A stretch of 59,181 bases of DNA, filler included, from Nemertoderma westbladi (Eukaryota > Animalia > Xenacoelomorpha), in the NCBI GenBank assembly GCA_032718475.1. It is 2 parts of 2 records of this genome, joined end to end, with 100 filler letters (N's around TTAATTAATTAA, not from the genome) between each part and the next. Parts side by side here need not be neighbours in the genome. Positions count along the whole stretch, not along the records: positions 1 to 31,313 come from JAUCBJ010004008.1; 1 more part is not named here. One strand, given 5' to 3'. Made by a program: the position numbers and the translations under genes. Positions 12,730 through 23,670 of this stretch are shown piece after piece. How positions within the stretch are numbered: position 1 is the stretch's first letter; each line of letters begins with the position of its first letter. The notes under the pieces were generated by a model. It was not told the DNA's origin. It searched no databases and saw only the letters and a program-made list of their open reading frames with translations.

Positions 12730-13392
12730 TATGTGAACTGTACACCACTGTACAATGTGCATTGTACACCACTGTACAATGTGCATTGTACACCACTGTA
12801 CAAGGTGCACTGTACACCACTGCACAATGTGCACTGTATACCACTGTACGATATGTGTACTGTACACCACTGTACAATGTACATTGTACACCACTGTACA
12901 AGGTGCACTGTACACCACTGCACAATGTGCACTGTATACCACTGTACGATATGTGTACTGTACACCACTGTACAATGTGCATTGTACACCACTGTACAAT
13001 GTGCACTGTACACCACTGCACAATGTGCACTGTATACCACTGTACGATATGTGCACTGTACACCACTGTACAATGTGCACTGTACACCACTGCACAATGT
13101 GCATTGTACACCACTGTACAATGTGCACTGCACACCACTGTACAATGTGCACTGTACACCATTGTACGATATTTGTACTGTACACCACAGCACGATATGT
13201 GCACTGTACACCACTGTACAATGTGCACTGCACACCATTGTACGATATTTGTACTGTACACCACAGCACGATATGTGCACTGTACACCACTGTACAATGT
13301 GCACTGTACACCACTGTATAATGTGCACTGTACACCACTGTACGATCTACACCACAGCACGATATGTGCACTACAGTATGCACCACAGCACG
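12730..13392. repeat. Tandem array, 24/26-bp unit (ATGTGCACTGTACACCACTGTACA)
   Basis: Direct reading; explains the six-frame repetitive ORFs. Confidence 0.93.
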
Positions 13393-13682
13393 AAATATGA
13401 CTGTGCAGCACAGTGACAGTGACACTCCAAAATAATGTTGATAAATTGATCGAATTTTAACTAATAATAATTGTTAACATTTTGGAATAAAACTACCTAC
13501 TGTATACACTGCTCGCATCAGCACACTGTAAAAGTGCCACTTTACTCGCACACAGTAATTTCTCGAAATGTTAAGCATTTATTATCTTCTTTCTACACTT
13601 ATGATTACATTTGTAATAATCGAAAATCGATAGAAAATTTCAGAAAATCGATCGAAATATTTTGTAAATTTCGATGGACAAT

Positions 13683-14348
13683 GTACTGCACTGTGCAGCA
13701 TAGTGCGAAATGTGCACTGTGCAACACAGTGCGGTATGTGCACTGTGCAACACAGTGCGGTATGTACACTGTGCAGCATAGTGCGATATGTGCACTGTGC
13801 AGCATAGTACAATATGTGCACTCTGCAGCATTGTGCGATATGTTCACCGTGCAGCGCAGTGCCATAAGTGCACTGTGCAGCATAGTATGATATGTGCACT
13901 GTGCGGTATTGTGCGATATGTGCACTGTGCAGCGCAGTGCTATATGTGCACTGTGCAGCATAGTGCGATATGTGCACTGTGCAACACAGTGCGGTATGTG
14001 CACTGTGCAACACAGTGCGGTATGTACACTGTGCAGCATGGTTCGATATGTGCACTGTGCAACACAGTGTGGTGTGTACACTGTGCAGCATATTGCGATA
14101 TATGCACTGTGCAACATAGTGCGGTATGTACACTGTGCAGCATAGTGCGATATGTGCACTGTGCAGCATAGTGCAATGTGTACACTCTGCAGCATTGTGC
14201 GATATGTTCACTGTGCAGCGCAGTGCTATAAGTGCACTGTGCAGCATAGTGCGATATGTGCACTGTGCAGCATTGTGCGATATGTGCACTGTGCAGCGCA
14301 GTGCTATATGTGCACTGTGCAGCATAGTGCGATATGTGCACTGTGCAG
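13683..14348. repeat. Tandem array, 26-bp unit (ATGTGCACTGTGCAGCATAGTGCGAT), related to the 12730-13392 array
   Basis: Direct reading; shares the ATGTGCACTGT core in the same orientation. Confidence 0.93.
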
Positions 14349-14383
14349 TTTATGTGCCCTCTTCGTTATTTCACAAAATTTAA

Positions 14384-15163
14384 TTACAAAAAGTTTGCGG
14401 TTGGTTTGCTGAAGCCGTGTAGATGTGGCGACGAAAAAAATATAGAACCACAAGCGACGAGGAAAAAGCAAAGGTAACTCACGAGCAGAATCCTATCGAG
14501 GCACATCGCGACGAACTTCCATTCTCCTTTCCCTCGCTCGAACTCCTCCTGGGTGCGGAACGTGTATGCGATGTAGTTAACCGATATCAAGGCGCGATGC
14601 AGGTCCGGGGACAGTATGTCCTGCGTACGCGGTCGTCGCACGCGATCCTTCGGGAACTCCAACAGCACCTCCCGTCCCCACGGCGACCGGCGCGGCATGA
14701 TGACGTCATCGTCAGTCAGCTGTTCCCACAAGGCGTCGCATCCGGCTGGCTGTGGGATCACGTTGATCACGTGTTCCATGGACGGCCGTTTCAGCCCGAG
14801 GAACCGAGGTAAAGGACCGTTGGTTAGGAACATATGGTGTAGCCAATCGGGCATCGCTTGGTTGCTAGGGTTACGCCAATATATGTTGATGACTAACACG
14901 CTGACAGCAATACTGGCGCCGACCATACACATAGACGAAATAATGAAGGTAATAATGAGAGGCACACTTGTCGCGGTGCGTGGTACGTATTCCGATGTGA
15001 TAATTAGAGGCAAAGTCAGGGAAACCAATAAGGATATAGATATTCCCATCTTCTCCCCGCTCTCGCAGGGCAAATAGAATACCAAAACAGATAGTATCAT
15101 TGTGATTATAACTGGTAGTAACAGGTTGACTTCGTAGAACAATGGTTTCCGTCGCAAATGAAG
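14384..15163 (-). CDS. Nicotinic-acetylcholine-receptor-like Cys-loop subunit, exon 4 of 4 (M1-M4); gene = join(25703-25491, 22824-22571, 15710-15494, 15163-14384), 487 aa
   Basis: Acceptor TTTTAACAG|CTT; LHLRRKPLFYEVNLLLP, LPCESGEKM, VPRTATSVPLI, MPDWL, EWKFVAMCLDRILL. Confidence 0.93.
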   Translation of the reverse strand, partial: LHLRRKPLFYEVNLLLPVIITMILSVLVFYLPCESGEKMGISISLLVSLTLPLIITSEYVPRTATSVPLIITFIISSMCMVGASIAVSVLVINIYWRNPSNQAMPDWLHHMFLTNGPLPRFLGLKRPSMEHVINVIPQPAGCDALWEQLTDDDVIMPRRSPWGREVLLEFPKDRVRRPRTQDILSPDLHRALISVNYIAYTFRTQEEFERGKGEWKFVAMCLDRILLVSYLCFFLVACGSIFFSSPHLHGFSKPTANFL

Positions 15164-15493
15164 CTGTTAAAATAAAATAAATATTTATATATCATAACAA
15201 CTTTTCGCGGGATTAATGGGATAACTCTTTATAGACATTTCCGCGTAACCTGAACATTGTCTGAGGTTTATCACGGAAATTAATAATTGAAAGTAATCGT
15301 TTCTTTTAAACAATTGTTAAATAAAGCATAAGTGGATGCCGCAATGCCGGTAAAATGTTATACAAACCAAAGTTTATAAATTCGCGGCATATAGTTTGCG
15401 CCGTGAAATTTCGCGTTTTAAAGTTTCTGAGTGAAAAAAATAAACAAAACGAACACTTGCGCCACTGATGTGCCAACAAAAGGAGTAACCAAC

Positions 15494-15710
15494 CATGTAA
15501 GTGATAGCACTGAATTCATCATCCCTCCCAGGTTGCTTCCATACCCTATTAACCGCAACCATATGAACTATTTCCCATTCAACACTCTCGTAATAAGAGT
15601 TTCTGTATATCGGGGGGTTGGCGGTCGATGATATCAACAGCAGTTGTTCACGAGTAAACTTCCACGAAACAAAGGTTATGTTACATATTTGTTCGTCGTA
15701 GGGAAAGAAT
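15494..15710 (-). CDS. nAChR-like subunit exon 3 (second half of Cys-loop, loops B and C)
   Basis: TTATAG|A TTC TTT CCC TAC GAC GAA CAA ATA TGT completes CQIDAEFFPYDEQIC (C-x13-C) with exon 2 in phase 2; SWKF, ESVEWEI; donor ATG|GTTGGT, phase 0. Confidence 0.9.
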
Positions 15711-16436
15711 CTATAATTACAAATAATTTAGTCGTCAAATGTCTGTGTAATGTACAACGTAGGTGGTGGGAAAACATCATTTAGTTAGAAACAATACAAT
15801 TTCCTTATCGAGTGTCAGATTACTAGCATGAGCTATCTGCAGTTCAGTGGCAAGAGTATTTATATCTCCTAGAAATATATTCAGTATAATATACTGACAT
15901 TCTCATTTTATTTATAAACTTTCATATTTTTTATTATTATTACTTTTATAATTTTTTTACTAAACAAAATTTGGGGAATCTATGTCAATAATATGTACCG
16001 GTATATAGATACATGAGCGAGTATTGAGTAACACTGAACATATTACCAGTGATGTTATACACAATGTTCGTCAGGAAAGCTGAGAGCTCAGTCGAAGTTT
16101 AGAGGAGGCCAAAGGTTAGATGTATAGTAGCTGGACCTGCAGTTCTAATGAAGCATCGGGTTTAATAAAATCATCTTTCCAAGCAATAATAATAAATTAT
16201 TGGCCTGGTGATGATATTTGAACTTCAGCAATAAATTATTATTAGGACCGGGACACAATCTAGACTAGAGATTGTTGGGTTTAAAACAAATTAAAGTTAA
16301 CAAAAACATAACAAATTATTTATTTAAATATACATGAAAAATAGATAATTACAGCGATAAAAACAATAATTAATTGCATTGCACAAGCAAAACCATAAAA
16401 CATCCGCGACGAAGCCACACGGTTACATAAATTATG

Positions 16437-18014
16437 TTACGGTCCATTCCAATGCCGAACTCTGAGTATCTTAAACTCTTCGTTTTCTACACGCAGTGTT
16501 ACTTTACGCGTTGGTTTCGTTTTAACGTTTTGTTTCGGTTTCGGCGGTAGGATTCTATTAGTAACAGAGTTCTGTTTACTTTCTATAGGAGAATGTTTGC
16601 CGCCATCGGTACTAGTGTCGTCGCAATGAATGGAAACCGTAACTTTTCTTATTCGAAAATAAAACATTGAACTGCCAACTAAAATCATTAGTAAAATAAA
16701 CTTCCAGGAAAAAATTAAATAAAATAATGTGAGAATTCGCTGGGATTGTAAAATAAAAAATATTGCACGTATAATGAGACAGGTCAACGAGGTGGGAATA
16801 TATTCGGAATAGGGTAACGTTACCATCGATGTAACGTTGGTTACAGAGACCAGGGCTGTTGATGTAACAACTACTGGGATCCTATGGGGATAGTAGCTTA
16901 GTCTGAGGTCGTTATGGTTGTCCAGGTTACCGAATGCTGCTAAGGTCCATTGAGGCAACTGTGGGTCACTGGTGGATGAATTAGCGCCCATCTTCACCTC
17001 CTGGTCTGCCGCCCAGTAATGGTAGAGCTGATTGTTCAGACAGGACTGGAGTTTTCTACGACACCGAGCTGGCTGACTAACGAAGCCCTTATTGGAGACC
17101 CCAATAACGTCGCATTCGTCTCCGTAAAGGTTCACTAAATCTCGACTTAGTAGCAAGATATTCCAGGAAGTTATTTCTACTTGAGGGAAGTCGCAACTTC
17201 CAGTTCCTCTACACAAAATATCCGCTGGAATAATAACGTATTTATTGTGCAGGAACAAACTTGGAGGGAAAAACATTGAGTTAACCCAAATACTATCACT
17301 CGAGTTCGATTGAGTGACAGATAATCCTTCGACTTTATTGGAGGTAACGACGGCCGTAAAGATATTGTACCTCAACGGGTGTTCGGTTAGACAATGTATC
17401 GAGTGCTTCTTTAGGGGAGCTCGACATAAATAGCGATCTCTGTCGGCAACCAAACAGTCGCAAGCGAATCCCATAGGAACCTCGCTCTTACTCACTCCGC
17501 AGTAGCGTTCTATAGCGAGGGAATTATTGTCCTCTCTTTTTGCGTCGTGAACTTCCTCGGAAGCTCCATAGGTTACGGATTCTACCGGCAATAAGTTTAT
17601 TTCTTGCGATACGGAGCCGGTTAATTGCCCGTGGATTGGTTGGAATTGGGGATGGATTAGTTGGAGACGGAATGGTAACATAGCAACGGAGACATAGGCG
17701 ATATTAGCGAGACTGTCAGTGTCAGACAGCAGGAGTTCAACTCGAGAAGATTGCTGGACAATTTCAGACTTCCATTGACAACTTATTGTAACAAGACAAT
17801 AACTGCCCTCAGCTGTGACTAAATTACAACCGGGAGCAAAAGCAACCATGCCGGTGTCGTTAGTGGGTATCGTAAACGTAGACGAAGGCCTACCGGTACC
17901 GGTCGTAGGGACAATATCTTCTGCGACGTATGTATAAATCAGGAAGCCAATGAACGCAAATAAACATGATATTATAATCAGCGGAAGTCCAAAGGGAAGT
18001 ACCTTGAGATTCAT
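16437..18014 (-). CDS. HAP2: Divergent HAP2/GCS1 (fusexin, class II fusogen)-like protein, intronless, 525 aa, nested in intron 2 of the nAChR-like gene
   Basis: ILLLSRDLVNLYGDECDVIGVSNKGFVSQPARCRRKLQSCLNNQLYHYWAAD matches the HAP2-GCS1 core (G.EC.KIGV...F..Q...C......CL.NQL). Upstream GFACDC and HCLT...RYNIF match the HAP2 GFCC.C and HCL.....Y..F motifs. N-terminal hydrophobic segment, C-terminal TM and basic tail; AATAAA (minus) at 16319-16324. Confidence 0.8.
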   Translation of the reverse strand: MNLKVLPFGLPLIIISCLFAFIGFLIYTYVAEDIVPTTGTGRPSSTFTIPTNDTGMVAFAPGCNLVTAEGSYCLVTISCQWKSEIVQQSSRVELLLSDTDSLANIAYVSVAMLPFRLQLIHPQFQPIHGQLTGSVSQEINLLPVESVTYGASEEVHDAKREDNNSLAIERYCGVSKSEVPMGFACDCLVADRDRYLCRAPLKKHSIHCLTEHPLRYNIFTAVVTSNKVEGLSVTQSNSSDSIWVNSMFFPPSLFLHNKYVIIPADILCRGTGSCDFPQVEITSWNILLLSRDLVNLYGDECDVIGVSNKGFVSQPARCRRKLQSCLNNQLYHYWAADQEVKMGANSSTSDPQLPQWTLAAFGNLDNHNDLRLSYYPHRIPVVVTSTALVSVTNVTSMVTLPYSEYIPTSLTCLIIRAIFFILQSQRILTLFYLIFSWKFILLMILVGSSMFYFRIRKVTVSIHCDDTSTDGGKHSPIESKQNSVTNRILPPKPKQNVKTKPTRKVTLRVENEEFKILRVRHWNGP

Positions 18015-18719
18015 ATCACCATAGGCCTATACTGCTATATCATCAGTATATTTAATAATTAACAGTTCCATCGCCTCATTTGTTAGCCTAACCGCCAAAT
18101 CCTGGTGGTATGGTGTCGTTTAGTGCTGTAGTGTTAGTGTAAACATATTTTAAGTTTGATCATAAATCTTCTGATACCGGCAGACCGGCAAACCGGTAAT
18201 CATCATGGCTGGTTTCTGCAACTTGGCACTTGCAGATTGGGAACACAGCTGCACAGAATATCTGAATATTGCAGTATCATAATATTTCAGTATAGCAGTT
18301 AGTACTGCAGCAGTACTACAGTCTGTCAGTAGTAGTGGTGGGGTGGTGAGTGTGAGTTGTGAGTGGCAGGTATCCAGTACAGTGCAGTACACAGTATGTA
18401 GGTATGCATTGCATAGGTACATCAGGCTCTATCGTAAATCCGCACCCGTACCCTTGATAAAAACCGTTCCCCCCTCGCCAAATCTTGTGGGAACGCTCCA
18501 AAAATTTAACAATCATTTTTCAACCTATATTGACCAACTTAAAACAAAAAAAATCATCTTTTTCCGCTTCGCGCAGCACGAAACATATTCATTAATTTTT
18601 GTTTTTTTCTGAATTTTACTTTTTTTCAAACGTCTAATGCAAAGTATTTTACTCAATTTTCCTCCAACTAAAAAGGTATGTAGACACCCTGACCTGTTGT
18701 TTTGATCATTAATGGTTAA

Positions 18720-19370
18720 ATATCGTTTATAGTTTTGGTTAGAAAAGCCTGCCTCTGTAACCTGTTTCTTTCCCTCAATTGGTATCAATATCGTTTATTG
18801 TATTGATTCAGATCAGCCTGCCTCCATAACCTGTTCCTTTCCCTCAATTGGTAACAATATCGTTTCTTGTTTCGGTTAGAAAAGCCTGCCTCTGTATAAC
18901 CTATCGTTTATTGTTTTGGTTATAAAAGCCTGCCTCTGTAATTGGTAACAATATCGTTTATTGTTTTGGTGAGATAAGCCTGCCTCTGTAACCTGTTCCT
19001 TTCCCTCAATTGGTAACAACATCGTTTATTGTTTTGGTTAGAAAAGCCTGCCTCTGTAACCTGTCAATATCGTTTATTGTTTTGGTTATAAAAGCCTGCC
19101 TCTGTAACCTGTCAATATCGTTTATTGATTGGTGAGATAAGCCTGCCTCTGTAACCTGTTCCTTTCCCTCAATTGGTAACAACATCGTTTATTGTTTTGG
19201 TTAGAAAAGCCTGCCTATATAACCTGTCAATATCGTTTATTGCTTTGGTTAGAAAAGCCTGCCTCTTTAACCTGTTCCTTTCCCTCTATTGTTAACAATA
19301 TTGTTTATTGTTTTGGTTAGAAAAGGCTGCCTCTGTAACCTGCTCCTTGCCCTCAATTGGTAACAATATT
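18720..19370. repeat. Tandem array (~50-68 bp units, ATCGTTTATTGTTTTGGTTAGAAAAGCCTGCCTCTGTAACCTG), left arm of a large inverted structure
   Basis: Direct reading; reverse-complement array at 21478-21995; isolated copies near 2280 and 23540. Confidence 0.85.
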
Positions 19371-19777
19371 ATTAATATTATATAAAAAAAGGCTGCCACC
19401 GATGCTGAATCGCGAAATACCTTATACGGTAAAAAAATATAAAACAGTTTTGAAAAAATAATTTAAATTTTTTTCCCGATTTTTTCCCGTAATCCCAAAC
19501 TTCCCGAAAATATCAGAGTGTTTTCCCACAGAGAGCCGGCTAGTAACTGAATTGTTAAAAAAACTGAGTCTTTTCCCAGAGAGACCTGTTTTTCGAGCAA
19601 AAAAATTATATCCACGGATACGGAGTAACCGTATTTGTAACCGTAATTGTGTACTAAATTTTAAGAAATCCTTTGATAACAATGTCTATAACAGTATAAA
19701 GCAATACCAAACCAACGGACTTCGCTAGCGAAGTCGGATGAAGGGGTGTGCCAGTCCTGTAGTATAGTAGTCCTTGG

Positions 19778-20980
19778 TAGGAACACATCATGAGTTGGTG
19801 CTTGGGATTGGTTAATAGACTAATATTTGATTGGACGTTGAAATCATGTAAGGAATGGAGATAGGGGTCGAACTAGTGTAAGGTTTTATTTTTACTTACT
19901 GTAGATTGCAGGTTGAGACAAAGTGTTCCAAACGCTGTAAGGAATGGAGAAATTGGGTGAAATCATGTAGGGGTTATTATACCAACAGTATTAGAAGAGT
20001 AGGCTAGCAGTAGCAGTTGACATTAGCCTAGTCAGTAGGCCTATAATAGAACATTGTTGTTATGGTATATACAGGGTTGCATACTTATGCTAAAACAATT
20101 GGAACATTGACTACTAGGACAGTAGGATCTAGGGATACATTCCTTTTTACACAGAGTTCAAATGTTGGACTGTAGGTTTGCTTAGGAATAGTCTGTCTGC
20201 TATTCGTCTGCAGCCAATTGCACTAGCGCGCCGACGAGTAGCTCTTACAACATGAAGTAAAACAGATGCCAGCTGGCCGACCTCATGGTACTTGATATGT
20301 CTCAACGCGCACAAACGCGCCGTAGAAACCCGTCGATAAACATCAATGCAAATCGAATAAATGCTAAACATCATTTGCAACATTTATTGAGTGTATTATT
20401 GAGAGTTTATTTCATTGGAATATTTATCTTTACAAATTGTAAAATGCTTTTAAATATGAACATCAAATGAAAAAATTTCAATATTAAATACTATCAATAA
20501 AGCTAGCTACTCTATTACTACAATCTTTTCCATCAGAGAAATCAAGGAAAATGCTCTGTAAAACGATACCTTATACTTCGTTATTTGTTATATTGTTATT
20601 CGTATATATTTTTACTGTTACCTGACAATGAATCGTTTAATAGGCAGATAATCCTTACATGATTTCTCCCAATTTCTCCATTCCTAGCGTTTGGAACACT
20701 TTCTACTTCTCTTTTTATTATAGGCCTACTGACTAGGCTAATGTCACCTACTGCTGCTAGCCTAGTCTTCTATAGTACTGTTGGTATAATAACCCTTACA
20801 TGATTTCACCCATTTTCTCCATTGGAACACTTTGTCTCTATGTACCTGCCATATCTACAGTAAGTGAAAGAAACCCGTACAATAGTTCGACCCCTCTCCA
20901 TTCCCTACATGAATTCAACATCCAATCAAAATATAGCTCATTAACCAATCCCCCAAGCACCACTTCATGATGTGTTCCTA
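19778..20980. mobile_element. Palindromic element with ~300-bp degenerate inverted arms
   Basis: TAGGAACACATCATGAG..GGGGTCGAACTA (19778-19875) is inverted at 20882-20980; TAGCCTAGTCAGTAGGCCTATAATA is inverted at 20715-20740. Confidence 0.75.
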
Positions 20981-21477
20981 GTAGTGTAAGAATTGGGAAT
21001 ACGCTACCGGTACATCATAAGCGCTGTCTGTCTGTAGCTCAAGGACTTGCTGCAGCTGTATAGGTTGATAGGGCCTACAGGCTACAGGCTACAGCTAGGC
21101 CACAACAGCATAATACAAAGGCAGTGATTTTTTATGTCCTTTTATTTGACTTTTTTTGTCCTTTTTTTTTACGAATTATGCATAATGACTTTTGTTGTCC
21201 TTTTAATGACTTTTGTTGTCCTTTTAATGACTTTTATTGTCCTTTTAATGACTTTTTATGTATGTATTTCTTCAAACTGTCAGACTGCTGATTTCTGGAC
21301 TGTCAGACAGTTGATTTCACTATGCCTGTGCCAAAACATTCCATGATTCCATGATTTATAGACTATGAGATAGATTTCCATATGCGCCTGTGGTAAAAAG
21401 ACTCTATATTTAATAGTTTGTGGTTGTTGTCGATATAATCGATTACCACATGACGTAGCAAAACACTCATTTTATAG

Positions 21478-21995
21478 CCAAAAACAATTACCAATTGATG
21501 GAAAGGAGCAGGTTAAGGCGGAGTTTTCTAACCAAAACAATAAACAGTCACTTTACCAAATCAGGGAAAGGAGCAGGTTACAGAGACGGGATTTTCTAAC
21601 CAAAACAATAAACGATCACTTAACTAATTGAGGGAAAGGAGCAGGTTACAGAGGCGGGATTTTCTAACCAAAACAATAAACGATCACTTAACTTATTGAG
21701 GGAAAGGAGCAGGTTACAGAGGCGGGATTTTCTAACCAAAACAATAAATGATCATTTAACTAATTGAGGAAAAGGGACAGGTTACAGAGGCGGAATTTTC
21801 TAACCAAAACAATAAACGATCACTTAACTAATTGAGGGAAAGGAGCAGGTTACAGAGGCGGGATTTTCTAACCAAAACAATAAACGATCATTTAACTAAT
21901 TGAGGGAAAGGGGCAGGTTACAGAGGCGGGATTTTCTAACCAAAACAATAAACGATCATTTAACTAATTGAGGGAAAGGAGCAGGTTACAGAGAC
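21478..21995. repeat. Tandem array (~68 bp, AACCAAAACAATAAACGATCACTTAACTAATTGAGGGAAAGGAGCAGGTTACAGAGGCGGGATTTTCT), inverse of 18720-19370
   Basis: Direct reading. Confidence 0.85.
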
Positions 21996-22570
21996 GATAA
22001 AACTAATACAGTAATAGGCCTAAATTATGTGAAAGGTATATCCACATTTTCCACAATCCTGCAATCCAGTTTGCCCTATCAATTATTTAAAATTTATTAG
22101 CACAACCGGTAGGCCTACCATTACCGTATTTAAATGGTAGGCTACACAGTAGGCCTATAGCAGTACCGGTGCCGGTACCGGTACTAAAATACAGAAATAC
22201 CTGCTTTATACCTACATCTGTACATACAATACAGCAAAATAGTGCTATATATACTAATACCGGTACTGATAGCCTGAGAGAACAGCAGTAGAGAAACCGG
22301 TAGCATGGAACCTAACATTAGACTTTTGGAGGACATAAAAAATAAAAAAAAAAGGACAAAAAAAGGATTTAAACGGACAATAAAAATTATTGCGTAATAC
22401 AAATACATAGGCCGTTGGACTGACAGTAATGCGGTCTGAGAGCTGTACGTACAGTTGTAAGTGGATTGCAGTTAGTAAGAAAGACAGAAAGAGAGTGACT
22501 TGACTATTGACTACATTTCCTAGAAAATCATATAAAAAACGACCTCAATGTGAATATATAATCTACTTAC

Positions 22571-22824
22571 TCGGCATCTATTTGGCATTTGAGTTTGAAT
22601 ATTCCCGGTGGACTCCAGTAGACTGTATTCCCAGGTTGTATGAGTGCGCGACATTGGAATGAGAAGGTATTTTGTCCATCAATAGAGTCTAAAACTATAA
22701 CAGGAGGCTTCCATATTTCTTCTATTAGATAATGGAAATATTTGTCTTGGAGTTTTGTATTATTCCATTCGGTAAACCTTTGGTCCTTCCAGGTAATTGT
22801 TGGATACAACGACATTGTGATCCT
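22571..22824 (-). CDS. nAChR-like subunit exon 2
   Basis: Acceptor CTTCCTCCAG|AGG; RITMSLYPTITWKDQRF, IWKPPVIV, VYWSPPGIFKLKC; donor GA|GTAAGT, phase 2. Confidence 0.9.
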
Positions 22825-23104
22825 CTGGAGGAAGATGAACAATAATTTAACAGTTTAGTTATTATTAAATTGGGGAGGCTGTGTGGGCTGCAGCTCACGG
22901 CCCAAGCGACTGAACCGGCCCCTCAAAAACTTACTAGGCTGTAGCTTTGGGGCCCCGTCTTGAAAGGGGCCCCAAATAACCGATGAGTGGATGAGTAATA
23001 CAAAAGTAATCTTTAAAAGGCCCAACTCAGTACCTAATTTCCATTTTATATCACAAAGTTATAAACAGTATTTTTAAAATATTTCCGATCGCTTCGCTCG
23101 CGTT

Positions 23105-23670
23105 TATAACGCCCATGTGAAGAATACCAGGATTTCACTTTTCGGTCGACTTTTTATTGGAATTTTATATATGAAGAAGCAGCAGCCTGAAGTAGCAGCT
23201 TGGTCTAGTGGTGACATTACTGTGCTTCCGATTAGGGAGCCCGGGTTCGATCCCTAGATGGGGCAGCACTGTTTGGGCACAGTGCGTTAAATGCTGCAGC
23301 CTAGCCCAACCCCGACTTTCATCCTTCAGTGGTCGATAAATGGGAACCAAGGTAACTTGGGAAACAGAAGGGTTTACTGTGGAAGATCACCCATGGTGGT
23401 GAACAGGCATTCCTTGGCTTAACGAGCCTAAAAGATTCTCCCATTCATATATGAAGATTTTTTATTTTTTTTTAATTTATCTTTATTAAGTGTTTTATAG
23501 CGCTTATTTCTGTCTTATAACCTGTACATATACTAATTTGTTTATTGTTTTGGTTAGATTCAGCCCTTCTGTAACCTGTATTTTTGGTATTCTGGTATTC
23601 TTCACATGGGAGTAACTGCAAAGTGAAATATAACGGCAGAAAGTCTGGTATACTTCACATGGACCGTTTA
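23105..23670. mobile_element. Small MITE-like element (CCCATGTGAAGAATACCAG inverted repeats) hosting a SINE
   Basis: CCCATGTGAAGAATACCAG at ~23112 is inverted at ~23592-23610 and ~23645-23662. Confidence 0.55.
23178..23446 (+). mobile_element. tRNA-derived SINE with a Deu/Nin-like central domain
   Basis: A box TGGTCTAGTGG, B box GGTTCGATCCC, then CTTTCATCCTTCAGTGGTCGATAAATG resembling the Deu/Nin SINE core; 11-bp direct repeat ATATATGAAGA at 23167-23177 and 23447-23457. Confidence 0.8.

Noticed and set aside
12668-14412. Many overlapping Cys/His/Tyr-rich ORFs
   Set aside because: Open in all six frames because of stop-poor 24/26-bp tandem repeats; not evidence of coding.
16050-16200. Minus-strand bits (AWKDD, LWPP, FPDEHC) faintly resembling a decayed Cys-loop exon or HAP2 domain III
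   Set aside because: Short, in different frames with stops, and wrongly spaced; indistinguishable from chance.
23191-23270. Possible tRNA gene
   Set aside because: No convincing acceptor stem; continues into a SINE core and is bounded by a TSD.
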